A program made the translations under genes and the position numbers. A DNA stretch of 63,043 bases, counting the filler, from Reclinomonas americana ATCC 50394 (lineage: Eukaryota), in NCBI GenBank assembly GCA_048213135.1. It is 6 parts of 2 records of this genome, joined end to end, with 100 filler letters (N's around TTAATTAATTAA, not from the genome) between each part and the next. Parts side by side here need not be neighbours in the genome. Positions count along the whole stretch, not along the records: positions 38,515 to 54,394 come from PS015129.1; positions 54,495 to 58,615 come from PS015129.1; positions 58,716 to 63,043 come from PS015129.1; 3 more parts are not named here. The stretch is one strand, 5' to 3'. The notes under the pieces are model-generated. The model was not told where the DNA came from. It saw only the letters and a program-made list of their open reading frames with translations, and searched no databases. Of this stretch, positions 53,701-63,043 are shown in pieces (position 1 is the first letter of the stretch; every line of letters starts with the position of its first letter).

Positions 53701-54394
53701 GAATGCGGAGCTGGCCGCCACCGTGTGCAACGAAGTCAAAAAGGTATGGCTGTTTGTGTTGGTGGAAATAATTGTGGGTTCTCCCATGCCAATCCTCGCC
53801 GATTGCAGCAACGTTCGTTCGCGACGGTGCGACGCACCTATCCGTTCCTGGTTAGCGCCATTCGCCACTCCACCATTCAGGCACTCAAGTTCGACGGTCC
53901 CAGTGTGGAGGAGGCCTCGTTGCGTGCCATTCGCTTTCTCTGTGCTGCTGCATCAGCATGAGCTCACTGTCTCTGGTTGATAGATCGCGCTTCAAGAATC
54001 TGCGTCTGGTGGCCTCGACCTTGGAGAAAACGGTGGACACGGAGGCATTCCGCGAGCCGCGGACACACGTTGCGTACTTGACGTTGTATGCGTCGACCAT
54101 GAAGTTTCGTTTCACACCACTATCGGGGAGTTTTCGCATGTACGCTAACCTGCGTGCCTTTAGCACCTATGCCGAGCAAGTGGGAACCCTGGACGATGAC
54201 ATCAGGCCAGATGTGGAGCGCGAGATCAAGGCTGCGGTGCCGGCGGCATCGGACCTCCGACTGAAGGCACAGCAAATGTACCAGCAGGCCGTGACGGAAC
54301 TCGGCGAATTGTTGACCGGCAAGAATCCGAGTTGCGACAGATAGCGCGCACTGGTGCTGTCAGTGATCGCGTTTGCTCACCTCACACCACAGGC
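38709..54394 (+). CDS. PRKDC: DNA-dependent protein kinase catalytic subunit (HEAT repeats through FAT region; the kinase/FATC end is not present before the gap)
   Basis: Colinear DNA-PKcs motifs: [147 protein letters not shown] and [11 protein letters not shown]. Confidence 0.95.
43926..43997 (+). tRNA. tRNA-Ile(UAU), intronless, nested in a DNA-PKcs intron
   Basis: Cloverleaf: acceptor GCCCCCG/CGGGAGC (one C:A mismatch), D loop with TGG, anticodon stem TTGGT/GCCAA with loop CT-TAT-GA, T arm GCGGG-TTCGACC-CCCGC, discriminator A. Confidence 0.92.
44003..44023 (+). terminator. RNA polymerase III oligo-dT terminator of the tRNA, overlapping the intron's 3' splice region
   Basis: T7-A-T7-A-T5 run just after the tRNA, directly followed by the AG acceptor at 44024-44025. 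Confidence 0.8.
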
Positions 54395-54540
54395 NNNNNN
54401 NNNNNNNNNNNNNNNNNNNNNNNNNNNNNNNNNNNNNNTTAATTAATTAANNNNNNNNNNNNNNNNNNNNNNNNNNNNNNNNNNNNNNNNNNNNAGAGAC
54501 GAGTGCGTGTATGCAGGACGAGTCGGACGAGTGATCATCA

Positions 54541-56186
54541 ATGAGCGACTTGAGAGAATGCATTCAGCGCGGCGGCTTTGTGGTGCTTGATGGAGCCATG
54601 GGCACTGAGCTGGAGGCGCGAGGGGTATGTGTGTGTGTGTGTGTGTGTGTGTGAGAGTGTGAAAGGTGTATGCTTGTGCAGTTGTCACTGGATCGGTGCA
54701 TTTGGTCGGCGGTAGCGCTCTTGTCGGAGGAGGGGTGTCGATTGGTGCAGCAAGTGCACGAGGATTACTTCATGGTGAGAAGGAGGGGAGGGAGAAGGAG
54801 GGAGAAGACGAAGAAGAGAAGGACGTGGAGGAGAGAGAGAGAGAGCGAGAGAGAGCCGTGATAACCCATGCTTCCTGCGCTGTTGTCATTGCTGTCGCCC
54901 ACCTCTCGATGACTCGACTCGGTCCTTCTCTCTCTCTCTCTCATATCTCATCTCATTCTCCTCATTCTCCCCCACAGGCCGGCGCCAATGTGGCGACCAC
55001 CGACTCGTACCAAGTTGCGCAGTTGTTACGCTCGTCAGCAAGCTTTTCTCCGCTCATCGCTGTCATCAGGTCAGTGAGGAGACGTTTGTGCAGCGACAGG
55101 GCGACGGCGATCGTGCACGTGCACGTAAGGAGGCTATCGCTGCTGCGAAACGCAGTGTGGAGCTGGCTGTGGCGGCACGCGAGACCTGTCGTGCAGCGTG
55201 TCACCAGCCAATGTGGGGTGCATGCATCTCCCTCTATCTCTCTCCCGCTCTCGCTGCGTGTCACCACCCTTCTGAAATCGTCGCGCGCAGTGGCTGGGTC
55301 GGTCAGCTCCTATGGTGGATGTGACGGCAAAGGCGGCGAGTTTGTGGGCAACTACGGCAGTGACGCGACGATGGAAACCCTGATTGAGTTCCATCGTGCG
55401 CGAGTGCGACCGCTGATGGAGGCTGGAGCTGACTATATCGCCTTTGAATCGTTGCGTTGCGATGTGGCGGCGGCTTGTCGACGTTGCCGTGTCCTCATTC
55501 TCAACTTATTCGCAGAGGTGTGCTTTGGTGCCGAAAAAAAGGTTGATTCATGAGTATTGCTGATCGTGTCTGCTTGGCGGCAAAGTGCCGAGTGGATTAG
55601 AGGCGAAAGCGTTGCGGGTTGCGTACCATGCGTCCGCTGCGAATAACGTTGTCTGTGCTGACATCGTGCGCAGCGCTTGATCGAGACCGACGGTGTGGTG
55701 TGCACGGTGGCCTTCACTTGTAGCGACGAGGCACACTTGTGCGACGGTACTCCATTCGTCGAGGCCGTGCGGGAGATGCGCGAATGCTCGCCGGAGCGGC
55801 TCCTGGCCTTTGGCATTAACTGGTACGTGGGAACGCACGCACACTGTGCGTAGAAGACCAAGTATGACTGACTTGTCGACAGCACAAATCCCGGTTTTCT
55901 CCCGGCCCTCTTGCGCTGTGCGGCCGCCGAACTTGTCGATTCGCCGCACACGCTCCTCGTGTATCCCAACACGGGCGAAACGTGGCTCGGCGTCGCGCAG
56001 CAGTGGGGCAGCGGTGGCGACAGTGGGTGTGCGTGGGCGACTTCCGACTTGAACGCCGCGATTGCACAGTCGGTGCGCGAATGGTTCGAGGCCTCTGGCG
56101 GTCGCTGTCGTGTGTTTGGTACGTGTTGTCGCACTGGGCCACGGCACACGGCCGCCGTGCGAGCGGCTGTGGATGCACTACAGTGA
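54541..56186 (+). CDS. Homocysteine S-methyltransferase family protein (MmuM/HMT-like)
   Basis: Motifs VVLDGAMGTELEARG, WSA.ALL, VHEDYF.AGA.V.TT.SYQ, FHRARV, ADYIAFES, GINC (split by an intron), LLVYPNTGE and G.CCRTGP; three Zn-ligand cysteines are present. Confidence 0.92.
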
Positions 56187-56211
56187 TTCTGATGTACGTC
56201 GTGTTCTTCAC

Positions 56212-57075
56212 TTAATGCCTGACGATGAGACACCGGCCGTCGATCGTGGTCCCACCATTGATGAGTGCAACGATCGTGCAGATGAAACAGAAAGTCGAGA
56301 AGAGGAAGAAGAAGCAGAAGAAGATGCGAGGCATGAGAAGGTTCTTCTTGATCCACGACGGAGTGTAGAGGTTGACGTCGAATTGCAGCCTGTGGTCCAG
56401 TTGCATGGTGGCCAGCAGCGCACTGAAGTGCTCCTTCCCGTGTGCGGTGGCCGCCAGCACGTCTTCGCGCCGGTGCTCCCAGTCCACGGTGACCACGGTG
56501 TTGTTGAAGTTGCCGAACAGAGTGTGAGCAAAGTACTCGGGCACCTTGATGGACAGGCGCACGTCTTGCAGTGGGTGCGGCGAGAAGGTGATAAACAGGG
56601 CAAAGTAGAACGAGTAGGCCGTCATGCAGCCAAAGAGAATCGCGGCGATGTTGCACGGCAAGTCAATGGACGACAAACCGGTGAGTTGCAGCACCGAGGC
56701 AAATGTGCCGAGAATCGACACGACAAAGGCACCGTAGGTCACCACTGCCTCCAGGAAGCGGAGACAGCCGTTACAGGAGGTGGGAAAGGGCGCGGTTCTG
56801 AAGCGCGGCATGGCCGGCCAGCCGAACCGCCGCCTCTCGTCGTCGGAGAAGCGCGATTCAATCGAGCGCAGCAGCTTCACGGCGTACTCGTGGCGGAAGC
56901 GCATTTCCCACCACTTGTAGTGCACCACCACGCTGGTGTCACGCACTGTGAGCTTGGAGGCCTCGCGTGTGCGGACGCCTGCTTGCACGTGTGGTGCTGC
57001 TGGTGGGCGCACAGCAACGGTGGCCGGCGGCGGCTTGTTGCTTGTTGGTGACAGAAGGTGTTTGGTCTCTGACAT
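56212..57075 (-). CDS. Intronless hypothetical membrane protein, 287 aa, about 3 TM helices
   Basis: Single clean ORF. Hydrophobic stretches VVTYGAFVVSILGTFASVL, IAAILFGCMTAYSFYFALFITF and IFFCFFFLFSTFCFICTIVALI. Confidence 0.7.
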   Translation of the reverse strand: MSETKHLLSPTSNKPPPATVAVRPPAAPHVQAGVRTREASKLTVRDTSVVVHYKWWEMRFRHEYAVKLLRSIESRFSDDERRRFGWPAMPRFRTAPFPTSCNGCLRFLEAVVTYGAFVVSILGTFASVLQLTGLSSIDLPCNIAAILFGCMTAYSFYFALFITFSPHPLQDVRLSIKVPEYFAHTLFGNFNNTVVTVDWEHRREDVLAATAHGKEHFSALLATMQLDHRLQFDVNLYTPSWIKKNLLMPRIFFCFFFLFSTFCFICTIVALINGGTTIDGRCLIVRH

Positions 57076-57376
57076 GCGGGCGGGTGGGGAGCTGCATGGA
57101 TTGCACGGTTATGATGGATAGTTGTGTGAGAGGGAGAGGTGATCGCATGCGCTAACCTGTGCTCGCAGCGGGTGGAATGAAGGAGGGGACGGAGGAGCAG
57201 GAGACAATAAGATCCGGACGATAGCAGGAAACACGGCGCCGTGATCGCAGACTCTTGTCCAGACCGAGTATATATGGTAACGAGGACTCGCAGCGAAGAC
57301 TCACGATTACGTTGTAGGGTGTACGAGGGCTACGAAAACGATCTCAGTCTCTCTCACTCACTCTCAGTCTCTCTCT

Positions 57377-57524
<148 letters not shown>

Positions 57525-57931
57525 ACGTACGTACGTACGTACGTACGTACGTACGTACCGTACGTACGTACGTACGTACGTACGTTACGTACGTTACGTA
57601 CGTACGTACGTCGTCGTCGTCGTCGTCGTCGTCGGTCGGNNNNNNNNNNNNNNNNNNNNNNNNNNNNNNNNNNNNNNNNNNNNNNNNNNNNNNNNNNNNN
57701 NNNNNNNNNNNNNNNNNNNNNNNNNNNNNNNNNNNNNNNNNNNNNNNNNNNNNNNNNNNNNNNNNNNNNNNNNNNNNNNNNNNNNNNNNNNNNNNNNNNN
57801 NNNNNNNNNNNNNNNNNNNNNNNNNTTACGGTTAGGTACGGTCGGTACGGTACGGTAACCGGTAACGGTACGTACGTACGTACGTACGTTCTACGTACGT
57901 ACGTACGTACGTACTACGTACTCGTCTCTCT

Positions 57932-58050
<119 letters not shown>

Positions 58051-58298
58051 ATTTGCTCGTTCCGTTGGCCTCGCGTTCGTCGAATTGGAAAACCATTACC
58101 AACCAGCGAAACCAGCGTCAACGAATTTTGGCCATATATCGAGGCTCGAGCGCTGCGGTAGGGAGAGGAGGGCGCCCCTCGTCCGTTCTTGTTTCATCTT
58201 CCCTGCTCCTTCTCTCTGCTCTTTGCATCCCCCCTTGTTTGCATGCCCTCTCAACAGCAGCGCTAGCTCACGCCACATATCCTCAGAACCTACTGGCC

Positions 58299-58457
58299 AT
58301 GTCCATGAAGAAGTCGGCGCTGTCGGCAGCCACGCTGCTGGTGATCGTGACGACTCTGCTGTTTGTCATGGGTGCGTTCGCAGTGCATACCCATGGCCAC
58401 ACGCACTCCTCCTCCTGTCACCAGTGCACGCGAGAGAGAGAGAGGGGGGGTGTGTGT

Positions 58458-58533
<76 letters not shown>

Positions 58534-58776
58534 CGTCGTACGACGACCGACCGACTACGTTAAGTTTCGGTACGGACGTACGTGTCTCTCTCCTACCGTG
58601 TACGTACCGTTGGTTNNNNNNNNNNNNNNNNNNNNNNNNNNNNNNNNNNNNNNNNNNNNTTAATTAATTAANNNNNNNNNNNNNNNNNNNNNNNNNNNNN
58701 NNNNNNNNNNNNNNNACGGTACGGTACGGTACGGTACGGTACGGTACGGTACGGTACGGTACGGTAGGAGAGAGAG

Positions 58777-58818
<42 letters not shown>

Positions 58819-58823
58819 GAGAG

Positions 58824-58863
<40 letters not shown>

Positions 58864-59361
58864 GTATATGCGCTTTCCCGTCTCTGTATGTCCGTTTATT
58901 GACATCTTTCCTGTGTGCAGTTGGGTTTGAGGCCATCGGCAGTGTGTCGGCCACGCTTGGTCTCGACGGCTACGTAATTATGGCGTTCCAGCACCTCCTG
59001 AGCGGCAACAAAGTCGTCAAGACGGTAAGTGTCTTGGGCTGTTGTCAAGAAGTCAATAATCGCTTACCACCGCGCTCTCCAGGCACATTGCTCGTCGGTG
59101 TCGTGCACTACCATGACAGCTATTGTGGTCGACAGCGGCCTTGTCGACATGTCTACGGACTTGGTCAGTTGTCTCTTGTTGCCTTGCAGGATTAGCACTT
59201 CACATTCCGCCTCACTCGTCGGTGCACTGCAGGGCGATCGTGTGGCCATTGCCGTTGGGCTGGATCAGATGCCAGTCATGGGCTACCGCAGTGGCACCAC
59301 GGGGTTCATGATCACTCACTGCAGTAACGCGTTCTGCACGCCACACTGGCGAAGGAAGTGA
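58299..59361 (+). CDS. Hypothetical secreted/membrane-anchored protein with Cys-pair (HC-x4-C) repeats; the middle is missing in a gap
   Basis: Hydrophobic N-terminal exon MSMKKSALSAATLLVIVTTLLFVM. C-terminal repeats LGLDGYVIMAF…AHCSSVSC and IAVGLDQMPVMGY…THCSNAFCTPHWRRK*. That the two sides belong to one gene is assumed. Confidence 0.55.
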
Positions 59362-59423
59362 ATGCTCAATGCCGCATGTGTAGTAAAAAAATTGGTGACA
59401 TTTGTTTGTTTAGTATTGAAGTA

Positions 59424-62373
59424 TTATTGAGGTGCATTGCGCCAACCACTGCCACCACTCTCACGCCGGTGCGCTGCCTCATCGTCAATGTCGGTTGAGC
59501 TGGGCGTGGCGCATTCGAGGAGCGACTGTTGCAAATGGGCTATTTCGTCGTCGAGGTGCTGAATCTCCTGTCGCAAGACGCCGCCCGAATGTGGCGATGG
59601 TGACGACATGCCACCCATGACGCTACTGGCAGCAGTCGGTCGATACACCGATGCCGACGGTGGTGGTGGTGGTGGTGGCGGTGGTAGCGCCTGTGGTGGA
59701 GTCCGCTGGAGCAACACTCGCAGCTCCTCCTCCAGCTCCGATACCGGTGGCAGTGCCAGCAGATCGTCGCCGTCGTTTCCATCATCATCACCACCGACGA
59801 AAACGACATCGTCAGCAACACTGCCTACAGGAGCTTCTCGTGCCCCCTGGCTGCCTCGTCGCTGGGGGGAGACAGACGATCGTGGGTGCGGTTCCGCTCG
59901 TGGACGACCCAGCGCCACATGCTGCACAGCAAGAGGTGGCGATGGAGACGCAAAGGCGGCTGCATCACGCCGGTGCCGCTCGTTCGCCAGCATCTGGCGC
60001 AGCTCTCGAATGGTGGTCTCATGCAGATGCACCGTGGCCTGTGCGCGTTGTTCTCGCTGCAGTGCGTGCTGCAGGTCGCGGCGAGCATCCTCCAGCGCCA
60101 TGTCTAACGACCGCACTGTCTCGCGCAGCTGCGCCACATCGGCCTCGAGCAACGAGGCGGTATGCATCGACTGCGATAGAACATCCTTCTCGGCCAGTGC
60201 ATGCTCGCACGCCTGTTGCAGAGCAGTGACCTCGCCGCGCAACGCGTCGCATTCGTGTGCACAAGCTTGGCCTTGTCGCAACGCCTGCTGCCAGAGTCGG
60301 TGCACTGCGGGGAAGAATGGTAGTGGGAGAGAGTGAGAAAGTGAGCAGACTCGAGGGGCGTGCATGACGGAAGAACGTGTGCGCGCACCTTTTGTGACGG
60401 CGTCTCGATAGCGCGGAATCAGTCGAGCCATGCGCGAGTGCTCCGCTGCCTGTCCAAGACGCTGCTCAAGGTGCGCAGTGCGTTGGCGCTCCACATTGAG
60501 AGCCGCTTGCAGCTGTGACCGCAATGCGTGAGTGCGCATGTGACAAACACGTGCAAAAATCGCAGCACTCCACCTGGTCACACGACGTCGCAGCTTGCAT
60601 GGAGGCCTGCCGCTCGCTGGTCAGCTGCTCCTCCGCCTCGTGTACCACACTCTGCAGTCGCTGCTGCAAGGATGACGCCTCCACAAGTTGCGCCTTCAGC
60701 AGGTTGTTTTGCGTGGCAAACTCCTCGTTCTGTCGCGAGAGTTGTGCAAGCAGCGTGTCGCGCTCTCGCAGCGATTGACGCAGTCTGTGCAGAGTTCGAT
60801 GAGCAACGGAGACAACACACACACTCTCTCGCCTACAAAGCGCGGCACGCAGCTGTGCACGCTCCTGCTGCATCTGTTGCAATTCGAGAGACAACACGCC
60901 AGCCGAGTCGGTGTGCAGCTGTGATACGCTTCTGTGTTTAGTGAAAGTACACGTGCAGCGGGGTGCACAGCAGCGCACCTCTTGCTCTGTACCACCACCG
61001 CCGCCGCCAGCATCACTGCCAGTGAGCAGCTGTTGTAGCGACTTGACGGCTCGACGAACGGTCAGCAAGTGTCGATGCGGGTCGCCGATGACAACAGCGG
61101 CAGCAGTGCCGCCACCGGCGCGTCTGTCGTGCCCCGTGTGAATCTCACTCTCCAGTGTCTTCACCGCATTCAAAATGACACTGGTGAGGCGCCGGATGCC
61201 CTGATCGCGTTGTGTGGTGTCCTTTTCCATCTGCGACGCTGACGATGTGAGACAAAAAGAGCATTTGTGTGCGCTTGCTGACGGGCGCAACTCGAAGCAA
61301 ACACTGCCGCGTCTTTTCCAGAGTGCCGCGAGTCTTCCTCTCCATGGTGTGCCGCTTCTCGTCGGCCGTCGTCAGTGCCTTGTTCAGATGGCTGCACAAA
61401 GGAGTTAAGCAAGAGAGAGAGAAGAAAATGACAGATGTCAAGCAACACTACGTACTTGTTCTCATATGCCAGCTTGCGCGTCGTCTCCAGTGCCTCCTCC
61501 AGTGCGTCGCGCAACGAAGTCACCTCCCGCCGATGATACACCACCAACGAGTCCGCCTTCTCCAGCTTTTTGTGCAGCTAACGATATTAGTGATTATAAA
61601 GCATGCGAAGAGTGTCACTCACACGGCACCTTGTCTTGCAGCTGACCCACTCGCTCCGACAGGGAGAACACCTGCTGGCGAAGGGTAGAACTCTGCTCCT
61701 GTTGTCGACTGCAAGCACATACAGTCAGGCATGCACGTCCTTGTTCGTGCAAGAGTGTGCATTCACGAACCGCGAGTCGCCGGCCTATGCGTGGACGATA
61801 CATGGATGCATGCAGTCAGTCGCAGAGCGCATGAAAGGGAAAGGGGAAGGGGAAGGGAACACAAACCGCGGGTGCCGCCGAGGAGAAATCAAAGTCGGCG
61901 GCGACTTGCGCGACCGCAGATCGCAGTGTCGCCGTCGGAGGCGATGCTGCACGAGTGTGTCAGTGCCACTGTGTGTGTGTGTGAGAGAGAGAGGGAAGGA
62001 GCGACTGCATCTATGCGCAACATTGTGGATGGTTACCGCGACGTCGCCAATCTCGACGACGGCGATGCGGCGGTGCAGCGCCTGTGCACACACAGACACA
62101 CGCACAAAGAGGTTACACACATCACCAATGGAGAAAAGGTGAATGGATGAGAGTCGCACTGTTGGTTCGATCGCCACGCACGGGCGATGATGACGAAGAC
62201 GACGATGATTCGGTGGGTGATGCGGAGGAGGAGGTGCTCATGGAGAGTGCTGGCGATGAGGACGCCAGCGAGAATGGCCGATCGTCCATCCTCGCTCCCA
62301 CCTCGCCGATATCGATCAAAGATGACAGCAGGACCTTGACATCACCGTCATGGGGCTTTGACTTCAGCATCAT
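59424..62373 (-). CDS. Hypothetical multi-exon coiled-coil protein
   Basis: Heptad-rich exons (LRETVRSLDMALEDARRDLQ, LRQEIQHLDDEIAHLQQSL, VTSLRDALEEALETTRKL). Stop at 59424 and a candidate ATG at 62373; the 5' exons are uncertain. Confidence 0.65.
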
Positions 62374-62466
62374 TGCAGCAGCTCTTCTCCTTCTTCTCTC
62401 GAGATCTTGATAAACACAACAAAGTACACATTCATTCATTAATAATAAGTGCTTTTTCTTCATCTT

Positions 62467-63043
62467 TCAAGGCGCGACAACTGGCGCCCGAGACGAGTCG
62501 CGAGTGGACGACAGCACCGGCGACTGTGGTGGCGAGTAGTTGGGCAGGTACAACACTGCATCTGCACTGGCCTCGCCACCCAAGGCTGGTCGCACGGCCA
62601 CCATGGCCGATGCGGACCGCGAAAGCGCCGGCAACGGTGGTGGCGGCGGCGAGTGGCGATGCGCCGCATGTGCGCTGGCTGGCGGTGACGGCAATCCGGC
62701 CGACGACGAAGCATTCTCGTCGAACGCAATGTTGGTGCACGGCACGGTCGGCAGCCAAGCGTGCGACGACGACCGTGACCAGTTGCTGTTGGCGTCGGGA
62801 TCGCGTGTGCAATCGCCGCCAGCGAGGCGTGTTGTGCTGCGGGCACTCTCCAGGTCAATGTCGCTGAGGCCGCACTCGTCGGGAGTGGTCGAGCCACTCG
62901 TGTGCAGGTCGTCCGTGGCCGCCGCTGCACCCGTCTTCATGTCAATGACCACCGACGAGGCAGTGGAGCCGAGCTTCTTCATCTGATGCTGCTGCAGCGA
63001 GTGGCGACGACGACGGCGCATCAGCACAATCGCCAAGACCACA
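62467..63043 (-). CDS. 3' end of a probable single-pass membrane protein (end of TM helix, poly-Arg stop-transfer, disordered cytoplasmic tail)
   Basis: VVLAIVLMRRRRRH followed by a Ser/Pro-rich tail with LYLPNYSPP; stop at 62467. Confidence 0.6.
   Translation of the reverse strand, partial: VVLAIVLMRRRRRHSLQQHQMKKLGSTASSVVIDMKTGAAAATDDLHTSGSTTPDECGLSDIDLESARSTTRLAGGDCTRDPDANSNWSRSSSHAWLPTVPCTNIAFDENASSSAGLPSPPASAHAAHRHSPPPPPLPALSRSASAMVAVRPALGGEASADAVLYLPNYSPPQSPVLSSTRDSSRAPVVAP

Noticed and set aside
38709-54394. Stop-codon reassignment or non-GT/GC introns to explain fragmented ORFs
   Set aside because: The junctions I checked resolve in frame with GT/GC-AG introns under the standard code.

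Overview
This is a gappy draft scaffold from a GC-rich eukaryote with many short introns (mostly ~55-90 nt). It is probably a flagellated protist, since it carries CFAP99; I cannot name the species. (1) Positions 1-22.4 kb hold a head-to-tail tandem array of at least four paralogous multi-exon genes on the minus strand. Each gene encodes a low-complexity N-terminus with an NLS-like PPKKKK motif, followed by 4-5 tandem copies of a ~200-aa domain I do not recognise (14 copies visible). The domain copies share one exon layout and show unequal crossing-over and gene-conversion patches. (2) Positions 22.4-63 kb are single-copy genes: CFAP99, a very large TPR + IQ-repeat protein, DNA-PKcs (with a tRNA-Ile(UAU) gene inside one intron), homocysteine S-methyltransferase, an intronless membrane protein and several hypothetical genes. 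Manual splicing shows an abundant second class of 5' splice site, N|GTTNCG (mostly GTTGCG), which is the usual GTGCG/GTACG donor shifted by one base. It also shows GC-AG introns and a probable 2-nt microexon. All gene models were spliced by eye, and product calls come from remembered family motifs, not database searches.
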